Shown: piece by piece, positions 25,749 through 37,674 of the stretch | Numbering within the stretch: the first letter of the stretch is position 1 | How the letters are laid out: each line of letters starts with the position of its first letter | From: Octopus vulgaris | Lineage: Eukaryota | Assembly: GCA_951406725.2 (NCBI GenBank) | Contig: OX597819.1 | Location: 109,182,001-109,246,000 of the forward strand | Reading direction: 5' to 3' | DNA length: 64,000 nt | Notes under the pieces: generated by a model | The model's input: only the letters and a program-made list of their open reading frames with translations | Database searches by the model: none | Told to the model about the DNA's origin: nothing | Position numbers and translations under genes: made by a program

Positions 25749-27334
25749 ATTTTGGTAGAGAAACCAGTTCTTAAATTGGTAAATTTACAATTATTTATTT
25801 ATTTTTCACTATATTTTTTATGGCTTCTTTTAGAATTTACAACAATGTCTGTCTGAGTTTTTGTTGTTTTTGCTTGGTCTCAGATAAATTCTCTGATCAA
25901 GCATATATATGATCAGAGGTGTTCTAGATGTGACTGTCTTCTCTTTTTTTATACAAAGGACCACATTGCTTGATGTCTCCCACTTTATTTAAGAAGGGAG
26001 GGTATGGATTGAAAGAATTGTAGCTGCTATTTCTAGCACAAATATGGCTATGTGGTTAAGAATTCACTTTGTAATCACTTGGTTCTAGGTTTGATGCCAC
26101 TCTGCAACAACTTGGACAAGTGTCTTCCACTATAGTCCCAAGATGACACAGTTTATAAACGGAATCTTCTTTTATGGTCTGTACATATTTCTTGGATGAT
26201 AAATTTAATATCACCTGATTTAATATCAGCCTCGTCATCTGGCCCTTAGGTTCACAGAATTGGAAACAGATCTTTGTACCTAATATTGAAATGCAGCTTC
26301 CTACTTCAGTAGCCTTCAAGTTGTGTGAGTTGTTTTTCCTTTCCCTGGTCCTTATTGGTCTCTGAAACCCTGTAAAGTTCATTGAGTGCTGCCATTCCTT
26401 CTCACTCGTTACAAACTACAAAGAAATCAAGCAATCCCAAGGAAATTCCTTTGTTTGCTTGTATAAGTGAGAGTATAATGAATGTTGAAGATTAAGGTTA
26501 AAGGTTAGGATTAACATGAACGTTAAAGAGGGGGCATCAAAGTGCTTTTACTACTGATCACATATTTGTAGTTCAAACTTTATTGTTACTATGTTTAAGG
26601 CTTATATCTTTGCAAGCCACAAAAACTGCTATTGCACACGGGCTGCTGAAGAGCTGTGTTATTATTATTATTATATTGGAGAATAGTCTTAGATACAGTG
26701 TGTCTGAAAATAAAATGGAATGATATTGTAGTTGGAACATCTTTTGAATGGGACTAAACAGATTGAAGTAATTGGACAACCAAGGAATGAGGACACTTCT
26801 TCAGGTACATGTCAGGGATATTCTCATATTAGTTACAGTGATGTTGCATTTGACATCAACAAAGCATTTACCTGTGTTTGTCATAAATCTAGATCAGCAA
26901 CTGAAGTATTTTCTCAGCAGGGTTATGGAGTCAAGACTCATCAATTTATGATGCCAATGAATTCATCTTCCCTACTTGTAAGCCCAGTACTTATTCTATC
27001 GGTCTCTTTTGCCGAACCGCTAAGTAACGGGGACGTAAACACACCAGCATCGGTTGTCAAGCAATGCTAGGGAGACAAACACACATACACATATATATAT
27101 ATACATATATACGACGGGCATCTTTCAGTTTCCGTCTACCAAATCCACTCACAAGGCATTGGTCAGCCCGGGGCTATAGCAGAAGACACTTGCCCAAGAT
27201 GCCACGCGGTGGGACTGAACCCGGAACCATGTGGTTGGTTAGCAAGCCACTTACCACACAGCCACTCCTGCGCCTATGATATACAAAGTCAACATGAATC
27301 ATCAGGGCACTTTTTGGAATCCTAACTTATTTAA

Positions 27335-27744
27335 CATATGTTATAGAGCAGTTACTGTTTATATCTCGCTCAGAGATTTATTATTGTTTTCGAACAGATT
27401 TTCTACGCCAGTGACTGTGGTTACTGTGAAAATCTATATATCCAGCCTGTAGAGGAAGTCCCTCAACGAAGAGCGGTGCTTACCACACGTTGACAAGAGG
27501 CAATAACCTCGAAACCGGTCCGTGTGTAGTATCCGTATCTTCGGGGAGGCTGATCTCCCTTTGCAGGCTGGCAAGGACACCGAGATGGTGTCAGCTCTTC
27601 TGGTGACGTTGATGTTCGCCTGGGGCTAAATGCATCAGTAACACCCCCACCACCCCGCCCTGACCCTAGCCACATTCAGATGGCTGATCCCCCTTATGTT
27701 ATAGAGCAGTTACTGTTTATATCTCGCTCAGAGATTTATTATTG
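27335..27744 (+). mobile_element. Retrozyme-like insert: 358-nt monomer plus 50-nt terminal redundancy, flanked by a 12-bp TSD
   Basis: TAACTTATTTAA at 27323-27334 and 27745-27756. 27337-27386 is identical to 27695-27744. Non-coding, GC-richer than the flanks, and contains a hammerhead. Confidence 0.85.
27484..27526 (+). ncRNA. Type I hammerhead ribozyme with a U3-A8 core variant
   Basis: CACACG-TTGACAA-GAGGcaataaCCTC-GAAA-CCGG-TC-CGTGTG: 6-bp stem I, 4-bp stem II, palindromic stem III. Predicted cleavage after GUC at 27520. Confidence 0.8.
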
Positions 27745-30700
27745 TAACTTATTTAAGTTTGGGTTTAAAGGCCATAGTTATGCCACTTTGGCTATTTTTT
27801 ATTGTATTTATAAAAAAAAATTGCAAGCAATTACGCTTTAAATAAAACTTAGAAATTAAAAGAAGTGGCCATGTTTATCAAAAGGTAAGAGGATATAAAA
27901 GAAATAAGATGTAAGAATACTATAAAAGGAAGTCCAAGTTAAAACTAAAAGACTCAACACTTAAAGCAACTTAACAAATTACCATTTTTAAAAAAATGAA
28001 GTCAATTAGATATACAAGTCTTTGATTTCAAGGTTAATGCATAGTTTGAACATAAAATTTGAGTAACTGCTAGCATGAAATTGTACATTAAATGAAATAA
28101 AAATTGTAAAATATTGAACAGTTTATTCCTCTAGAATTTATTGAAGAAGTATTATGTCTATTGAATAAAGGTTAAATGAAAGAAGTCCAAAATTGACTAA
28201 CATCTTCTAAGTTATGGGGACATAAACCAACACCAATTGCCAGTCGATGGTAGGAAGATGAACACAAAGATACACATGTGCACTCACACACACAAATCAC
28301 ATACAAACCACACACATATGTATGGCAGGCTTCCACATAGTTCCTGTCTGCCAAATTCACTCACTCATTAGTCAACTTGGAGCTATAGTAAAAGATACTT
28401 GCCCAAGATGCCACACAGTGGAACTGAACCCAAAACCATGCGACTGCAAAGCAAGCTTCTTAACCACACAGCCACATTTGTGCCTATATCGGTATAAATT
28501 GGAAATTTTAATGCATTATATTATTTATATTTAGCTGAACTTGGAGTCAGTACATTTTTATCAACTCTGACTTCAGTAACCCATTAATTGCTTTTAAGTC
28601 CAATTTCTAACGATAATGATATAGTTTTTACAATGTTATAAATGAGAGATCATCAGAGATTATCTAGTATTGGTAGTAACTTTGGGGAGGTGAGGGTGTT
28701 GTGTTGTACACGACTGGAGACAATCGGGCACAAATTATACTATTTTTATATTACTTTTTGTTTTTATAGTTGTTGATGTGTTGTACATTTTATTTCATAT
28801 TACTTTCATGTATTTATTTTCTCATTGTAGAAATCTCAATTTTTGAAAGGTAATAAGAACTTCAAACCATGAAGATGGAACTGGATTTTCACAGAACAGA
28901 AAATACAAGCTTCATCTGATTATTCCTACCCACTGTCTTTGGTGAAGGATTTGAACAGAAACAAAACCATAATTATGTCAGTCCAACTCATACCAGCATG
29001 GAAAACAGACATTAATGGAAGATGATGTTAGCCATCTACCAACTTTTTCTGTTTTTCTCATAATTGCAGTTAACAACTGTCCTCATCATCACTCACCCAC
29101 TCATGAACAAACTTCATTACATGAAACAAGGGGTGGATTTCAAAATACTTTTCTCTCTGAGGGAAAGCAAAGTGGCAGCTATAAAGTTGTATATATTATT
29201 TGTTTGTTTTATATGGAATATTTAATTAAAATAAACTGGAAATTGTTTTCACTTTTTTAAATTTAATTCAATTTAAATCATGCTGGTGCCATGTTAAAAG
29301 CACCCAGTACACTGAGTGGTTGGCATTTGGAAGCGCATCCAGCCATAGACACCATGTCAGAATAGACAATGGAGCCTGGTGCACCTCCCAGCCTTACCAG
29401 CTCTGGTCAAACCGTTCAACCAATGCCAACATGGAAAACAATGATGATGATAATGATGACAATGATGGCTTTATCCTCAAGTCAGTTCTCATTGAACCAA
29501 CCTAACACCATAGGTGTTCCAAATGTGATCATCCTGTTTCTGTTTAAAATACAATGTAAACAGAGCTACATTATTATGAATAACTTCCTTTTTTTAAAGA
29601 TTTTACCAGTATTTGATTTAAGGAAGATTTGGTTGCTATTTCTAGTAGATGAAGCAACCGTGTATGAGCTCTTTTGGAGGAGGCTCATAACATTTACCTT
29701 AACAAGTGATATCAAAATTCTCGGCTGATGCAAGTCAGTGGAAACTACCCTGAAGGTTAGACATGTTATGTAAGTGAATGCTACATGAAAATATTTTGAG
29801 AATTAATAGTGAAAGTAATTGTGGTAAAAGCAACTAGGAGTGAGGTTTCATCATTGAAATAATACAGGGTTTAAACATACGCAGTCATTCTGTATTGCAA
29901 GTACATACAACCCATGTCAGCGTGGATATTGCTGAGGACTGCACATGGTTCTGTGTGTATACAAAATAGACTAGAGAAGTTTCAATATATATATTTCAGT
30001 GTGTCAAGGGATGCTGGTAGCTGCATCACTATTCAAAGCTATTTAGTACTATCTACAGTGGAGCTGAGGCATAAATATCATCTGCTTAAAACTGTACAGG
30101 GCAAAGCTAAGCTCTGTCTTTTTAAATTACTATGATCCTGGATTGTAGCATGAAGAATTTGAAGGGAAATGGAAGCACATGTTATTCCTCCTAAATATTT
30201 GATCAGCTCCTTTCTGCACGACAGGTTTTCTATGAATGTTTGTGAAAAGATACTTCAGTAAAACATAGCAATGAAGTTATAACAGAGTTTTCTCCCTTGT
30301 GTATGTGAACTAAATTAAGTCTCGATTTCTCATGTATATTCCTAAGTTCGGATCTAATTGAAGAGACCTAAGCTCAAAAGGCTTGCCAAGCCGTGACAAC
30401 TCTGTTTTTCTAATTCCGTTTTTAAGACAGTAAAGTGTGATTTGAAGATTTTGGTGTTGTTTCTAACAAGTTCATGATGATTGATATTGTTATTCAGTCT
30501 TGACTTAGCCATGATTGAACAGACTAACTAAAGAATGGTTCCATTGACAACAGTTCCATCTTATTTATTTTTAGATATAGTATATATATAGCATTTCATT
30601 ATCTAATATGTCCTTCCTTTTTTTTGGTGATTTGAAGGAGGGAAATTTCTAGTAGATTGAATGACATTGTAGAGGTTATCTTTTGGCTTGTGTTAACTTG

Positions 30701-31552
30701 ATTAGAATATGTTGCTTCTGACAAAAGTCTTATGTTTGGAGTATTAAAACTATCTTTACCTTCTCCAACAGATCCAACCAATACACCAACTGCCCCTTTT
30801 ATTTCATCTTCCCAAAATATAATAAAGATATTTATCTTTTATTATTTCAGTCATTAGACTGCAGCCATGCTGGGGTACTGCCTTAAAAAAATTTGAATCA
30901 AACAAATTGACCCCAGTAACTTATTTTCTTAAGTCTCATACTTATTCTGTCAGTCTCTTTTGCTGAACTGCTAAGTTGTGGGACATAAACTTCCAACATC
31001 AGTTAAGCAGTGGGTGAGAACAAAGACTCACACACATACATATGGCAACAGGCTTTTTTCAGTTTCCTCCTACCAAATCCACTCACAAGAATTGGTCAGC
31101 CTGAAGTTATAGTAGAAGGCACTTGCCCAAGGTGCCAGACAGTTGAGCTGGACCCAGAACTATGTGGTTGGGAACCAAACTTCTTACTACCCAGCCACAT
31201 CTGTGCCTATGACAATACTCTTTTACTCAATAAGAGTCATTCTCATCTAGATATCACTCCCCTTCTCAGTTTTTAAATTTGCTGAGTCTTTGAGTAACTA
31301 TAGTTGGTTAATTGACCTCTCCTTTCCTTGCTCAATTACGAGTATGCATGCCTATTCTGTTATCATTGTATAATTTTACAAAATATATATTCAGTACATA
31401 TTATTAATGTCTGTTATTCTATGCATGCATTGAGTGGATGTAGTTTATTGAAGCAAATTTTCTTTGGCTGGCTGCTCTCCCTGACTCCAACCCTCACCTG
31501 TTTCAAGCAAGATCGAATTTTCCCATAGCCAGACGGTTTTTACAGAATATTC

Positions 31553-31758
31553 TTCTCTACTCTAGGCATAAGGCCCGAAATTTTGGAGGAGGGGGCCAGT
31601 TGATTAGATCGACTCCAGTACACAACTGGTACTTAATTATCAACTCTGAAAGGATGAAAAGCAAAGTCGACCTCAGCAGAATTTGAACTCAGAACATAAA
31701 GACGAAATACCACTAAGCATTTTGCCCAGCGTGCTAACGTTCCTACCAGCTTGCTGCC
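31553..31758 (-). mobile_element. Second tRNA-derived SINE family, representative copy. Related copies lie at about 870-995, 13160-13350(-), 23367-23570, 49455-49690 and 60296-60500(-)
   Basis: Shared GAGTTCAAATTCTGCCGAGGTCGACTTTGCCTTTCATCCTTTCGGGGTCGA...AAGTACCAG core. Confidence 0.8.
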
Positions 31759-32973
31759 TTGTTTTTGCAGAATATTGGAAATGAATGACCCTGCTTGTGT
31801 GACAGTGATGCTCATTTACAACTACCATGTAGTATTAAGAAAAGAAAATACAATACACCCATGTATTACCTCGGTGAGATTTGAACTTAGAATGTAAGAA
31901 GGTGACAAATTCTCCTGTCAGATGACTCAGAGTCCTTGACCAACTAAATAATTGCTTTTAATATTTTTACATAAATGTTTCTAGCAATCAACTAATTAAA
32001 AATATTTATAATATCGATTTCAAATTTTCAACAAGTGCAGTAATTTTAGAGGACAGTGTATGCTGATTGCATCGACTCCAGTACTTGCTTGGTACTTTAT
32101 TTCATTAATCCTGAAAGGATGAAAGACAAAATTGGCCTGTGGAATTTGTAGGAATTGGCGTTATAGTTTATTTGAAAATCTTTAAATATTTTGGGCACAA
32201 AGGACCAATTTTAGAAAAGTACAATCAAGGAATGCTACTTAGATAACCAAGTGGGCTAAAACGGGGTCACTGCCCATCTGATTTCATACTCTGCCTATGT
32301 CAGCTTTCAAAGTTCTGGGTGGTGGGGTCGATAAAATAAAATGCCAGTCAAGTACTAAGTTTGTTTGATGTTAAGCTACTGCGTCCTAGACGGGAATAGA
32401 ATTTATGATAGATGTTTTATAACTTTAAACGATTCCTTCCTTTTACAAAGACTATTGAGTTAATGGACACACGCATACTCATATATACATATCAAAAGAC
32501 CAAGCAAATTTGTAAAATCTCATCTTGGATTATGTTGCTTGTTATACCTGTTACTATTCTTGTTAACCGGAGAGTGACTACTGACAGATATTTTGGCTTC
32601 TGTCCACTAAAGACAAAGATGACCAATGTAATGTAGTGTAGTAGTAGTAGTCATAGTAAGCGTAGACAAAGCGCGGGAGAAATATCTGTATAGATGCGTA
32701 TGGAGAGAGGAGACGGTGGAGCATCAGTAAAGTTTAATTTAAAGACATAAGAGGAAAACATCGTAAGGGATATATGTGCAAGAATATATATGTACCAGAG
32801 ATAGTGTTCATGTATAAAAAATGTTAGACATACACGAGTACATTCAGTCACGCGAGTAAGGCATGTTGCGAAGGACACGGCAGTATTTGAATATATATAA
32901 GGTGTAGAAATCATGCCGATGTTTTAATTAGTTTTATTGACTTACATTAGCAAAAGCAAATAAATAAATGTGT

Positions 32974-33786
32974 TTATTGTTTTTTTAAATATTGTAAAAG
33001 GGATGTTTGTTTTAATCTTTTCTCTTTACGCAAAGCCCTATAGCAACTGAGTGCTTTTTCAATTTGTTTACTGACTAGCATCGCTCTTTCTACATTTGGA
33101 TCTGAGCCCATTATCATCTGCTTTCCATCTTCAAAAAATTTCAAAATTGCGTCGATTTCATTAATTGAGAATTCTTTCATTTGTGACATAGCTTCGTCTT
33201 GATCAACACTACTAGCATCTTCAGTAATTTGTTTAAATTCGGCGGGATGTCTAGTTGCTGCACTATCGTCCGAACACGCACTTTTCCCTACAATTCCAAG
33301 GTTATACATTTTAGATCGTTTTCTAAACCTGACGAGCCATCCAGAACTTCCAAAAAATGTTTCGTTAGTTTCCGCTTCGGTTTTCTTTTCTTCTTTCCGT
33401 TTTCTTTGGACCGCTCCAAACAAACTGACAGCTTTCTTTTTAATGGCCGTTGTATTTAAAGGAATGTTCTTTTGATTGCAGTCTTCGATCCAAATTGACA
33501 ATAGCCGTTCCATTTCAATCATTGTAGAGCTGCGGTTTCTTGTTGTTTGGAAATTCGACGACAAAGCCGCACTTTGTCCCTTTTCTTTATAAATCTTCGA
33601 GTTCTGAATAATATTGCGCACTGTTGATTCGCCGATAGCGTGTTCTCGGCTAATCTTTGCTTTAGTAAAACCGCTTTCATATTTATCAATTATTGCTAAT
33701 TTTTCTTCCAGTCCTACAACTTTTCTTTTCTTCTTCTCAGCACTTCCACCACTTGTACTGGTGGTACTCTCTTCTTTAGTACTCAT
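32974..33786 (-). CDS. Tigger/pogo transposase-derived protein (psq-type HTH + CENP-B HTH; DDE domain absent), 270 aa
   Basis: KKRKVVGLEEKLAII...IGESTVRNI, MERLLSIWIEDCNQKNIPL, FFGSSGWLVRFRKR and a C-terminal KQTSLLQYL motif, in an uninterrupted ORF. The ATG at 33786 is preceded by a candidate acceptor TTTTTCCCTAACCCTCAAG. Confidence 0.82.
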   Translation of the reverse strand: MSTKEESTTSTSGGSAEKKKRKVVGLEEKLAIIDKYESGFTKAKISREHAIGESTVRNIIQNSKIYKEKGQSAALSSNFQTTRNRSSTMIEMERLLSIWIEDCNQKNIPLNTTAIKKKAVSLFGAVQRKRKEEKKTEAETNETFFGSSGWLVRFRKRSKMYNLGIVGKSACSDDSAATRHPAEFKQITEDASSVDQDEAMSQMKEFSINEIDAILKFFEDGKQMIMGSDPNVERAMLVSKQIEKALSCYRALRKEKRLKQTSLLQYLKKQ

Positions 33787-36700
33787 GATAATAACTTGAG
33801 GGTTAGGGAAAAACTCCCGATTAATGTAACTCCGAATAACATGGTTTATAATTCGACACCAGCTTCCGAAAAACAAAATACATATATATATGATATGCAG
33901 ATGTAGCTATGTATAATAACAAATCATTAAAATACATTCGGCAGCAGTTGAAAGAAAGAAAAGAAACTGAAGGAGAAATTATACTACATTATTTTTCATT
34001 TCTTATACATACCGTTATACTGCAGTAAATCGAATTCTTATACGCAGTATTCGAATTTTAATGTCTAACTACCAATCGCATAAAATCAAGAACCGAAGTA
34101 TTACAGTATGTATAAATTGAGAGAGTGGTGGGGGGACATTTCATGGTGCTGATGATAGAGCGACATATATAGCGAGAAAGAAAGAGGTGACGACTAAAGA
34201 GTGATAGAATAATAGGGTAATGTATATATGAAATGAAAAAGGCATGTAAACGATTATTTTAAAAAATTACTAGTATATAGAGATAAAATTAGGAGCTTTG
34301 GACATGGAAGCTAAACTTACAAAGATAGTAGACAAATTGAAACATAACCTATATTATTTTTATCAATGAGAATTCTAAAAGGATTTTTTTATTGGGTATA
34401 AAACTACTACTCTGATCGAAATAAATATCCATGTATGCAAACGTTCGCAACACTTCATGCACATTTGCAATCCCATTCAAAAATTATGCTGTATAAAATA
34501 AGCACCTTTGAAAAAGCCATCACTGAAGTTTTCAATTTATAAATAATGAAAACCATGAATTACAGCACAATAGACTCGTTTCACTTCAAACCAGAAGCTA
34601 TTAATTCCCAGTCATCTATGGAACCATGTAATAAATAATTATCTGTGTGAGTTAATAATTTGTACGGCATTTATAAACAGATATACGGCTATTATAATTA
34701 GAGTAATTATCATTTCTTTTTATAAAGCAATTTTCTGGGGGTTTCATTTATTTATTTATTTTTTCAGTTATAAGCACCACAAGGGTACTTGAAGTCCTGT
34801 AGCAATTCGTAACTTTTGTTACAGCCATAAATATATTATTCTCAGCTTTGTTTAGATACTTAAATTTATTGTGATTTTGTGCTTGAAAAATTTAAATGAA
34901 TTTCTAAATTGGAATTTAATAAAAGGAACTAAGATAGGCATGACGTCATCTGTTGTCCTTGTTAACCAGTCTCTCCTCCTCTTCCTCTTCCCGCTACCAT
35001 TTCCTCTCTCTCTCCCATTTTTTGTTCTCACCATCCATCTTTTGCTTCTGTTTTTTACTATAACTTCTCCCAAAACATGCGTTGCTTCAACTACAATCAA
35101 TGAATACAGAAATAGCACCACCCCACTACCACCACTCTGAATACTCCTTCTCCCACCACCACTTACTACTACTACCACCGTCAATATTTTTACCGCTCTT
35201 AGTCGTCTTCCCATCCTTTCTCCAATTTAGGGTTGGGTGTTCGATCTTGTAGATGAACATCCTAATTTAGGATTAGAGTTTTTTTTTAGACAGATATTTA
35301 GGGCGCTAGGCAATCAGTCAGTTTATTTAAACAATGGTACTAAGACAGCTTACGCAAAGACCATTTTCGAGATATTGGTGTTTAGGGAGCTTGGCAATTA
35401 TTTTAGTCAATGGTGTTTAAGAAGTGAGGCAAACACCCGTTCGTGACAATGGCGTTTGAAAAATAAGACAAATACCGATGAGAGTGGGATTTGGGGGAGG
35501 CTAGGACTAGAGCAGTTGCCTGCTTGACATTGTCATAGCTTGATGTGTAAACGCATTCGTTGTAATCGTGTGAATTTAGGACAATGCACATGGAGGCAGC
35601 CGAGTGGCGGAAAAAAGCAAATAAGTGCCCACTACTACGAGTCAATGAGGGCAGATGAGTGGGCATGGCTCTACGTAGTTGAGAAATGTATCTTAAATCC
35701 CACCCTTCCTACTCAAGAGGAAGGGCGCATTAGATAGTATCTGTATCCACCAACTCTTATAGTAAGGGATAGTCCGCTCGATAATCCTCCATTTATCTTT
35801 AACTTGAGTTTTTTTCTTATTAATTGTTGCATCTTTAGTTCTGTAATCTATAATATTAGTAATCCAACCTTTCAAATAATGTAAGTCCTACATAACTCTA
35901 CGTTGCTGTTGCTTAAAGAAATTAACCCTAAAAGATGGGACGGTTATGACTGGAATGCATTTGATCATTGGTCTGTCGAATCAATGATGACCTGGGGTTA
36001 AACCGATACACCACTATTGTCCGCATTTTTGTATCCTAATATTAAAGACTGCTCTCTTCCCCCTCTCTCTTCAACGATGATGGTAACGAAAACGGATAAG
36101 CATCCGAAACGTTGGCCCTGTCTACTTCCTAGCATATTTCACTGTTCGAACCACTAAATTCTGTTACTTTTTGCCGTCGCAATCACTGACTTCCCTACCA
36201 CTACATCGCCACTATTACCTAAATTTGGGATCATTTTCTCAATATGAAACGCATGGAGTGGTTGTATTCCATTTCTTTTTACGATTATTAGCTAACTAGT
36301 TGGCCAATTAACATATCTATTAATTAGGTCATCGACGAGTTAATTGGTTGACTAAGTAATAAGTGAAATAGAACCGCTGTGTTTCTTACTGGGGAATAAA
36401 ATAACCCACAAGATTTCACAAGAAGAATCGTTCAAAAGTTTTGAATTTGTTTCGAAAGAATTTTCATCTTTAATCGTGTATTGAAACCAACATTGCTTTA
36501 GTTGGGAAGTCATTCTATTTCATTTCGCATTTTTGGAAAGAGAAGTGAAATACAGACAAGCCACAACCGTTGAGTGTTTATTGGCTTTGTTAAATATGAC
36601 TCATCCCAAACAAGAAAATCTGGCAATACAAAAACTAACTAAACTACTCCACTACCCGTTGTTCTTTGTCTACATAGACTCTTGATACTACTTAATATTC

Positions 36701-37444
36701 TCGCTTCCACTCCTTCGAATCGTAAACGAAATCCTATATACGAAAGGTGAACACACACAGCCTTAAAATTTACACACACAACTCAAGAATTAACACGCGC
36801 CTACTCATGGCTTTACACACACAACTCACGTGTATCAAACACACACAATGGAGGACGTTACACTCGCTATCGCCTCCCCTTCCTCATTCCACTTCTTCCA
36901 TCACACTCTCTTACAACTTCAGCTCTGCTCTCGTTTCTGTCGTCTTCTCTTTCTAACACTCATGTCTCTCCTGCCATCACAATACTTTTCCCATAACCCG
37001 TCTTCCACTATATTTCCTTTCCCTTCTCTTTAGGTTTATTTTCTTCCTCTTAAGCCACTTTTGTTTGTCTTCTCCCACCTTAGTATTTCCTCCCTTCTAG
37101 TTATTTATTGCCGCCGCCGCTTCTCGCTGCCTTTTTTCATGCAATTTCTCTAACCATATCTATGTGTGTGTGTGTGTGCATTTATGTATAAAACATCAAA
37201 AGTCCATCCTGAGCTATTGGCTTATAAAGCCAGCTCTCCGGATTCTGTAGCATATATGCTCCCCGCTGGACAGGACACCGATCCGTCGTACGATTACTCA
37301 TTTTTACAAACTGAGTAAACTTAAAGCAACGTGAAATAAAATGATTTGCTCAAGAACATAACGCATTGCCAGGCCCAGAAATCGAAACCACGATTTTATG
37401 ATGAGTGCAACACCCTAAACTAAAAGCCACGTGCCTCAACTACT

Positions 37445-37489
<45 letters not shown>

Positions 37490-37558
37490 GTACTCTGCGA
37501 TAAAAGTACCTATAATATATATGTGTGTGTGTGTGTGTACGTACGCCGCTATATATAA

Positions 37559-37674
37559 AAAATACAAAATGGGACAAGAACGCAAAACATCCGTCTATCT
37601 GGATGTTTTGTTGTTCCCTTTTTGTATCATCTAGTTGTCCAGATGTTTTGCGTTCTTGTCCCATTTTGTATTTT
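37559..37674. repeat. 33-bp perfect inverted repeat in a TA-rich context
   Basis: 37559-37591 is the reverse complement of 37642-37674. Confidence 0.85.

Noticed and set aside
27200-27275. tRNA-like A/B boxes
   Set aside because: These are SINE heads; no complete cloverleaf, so no tRNA gene was called.
34852-35214. 120-aa minus-strand ORF upstream of the Tigger-derived gene
   Set aside because: Low-complexity (GTA/GA repeats) with no recognisable domain. It could be UTR or promoter sequence but is unsupported as a CDS.
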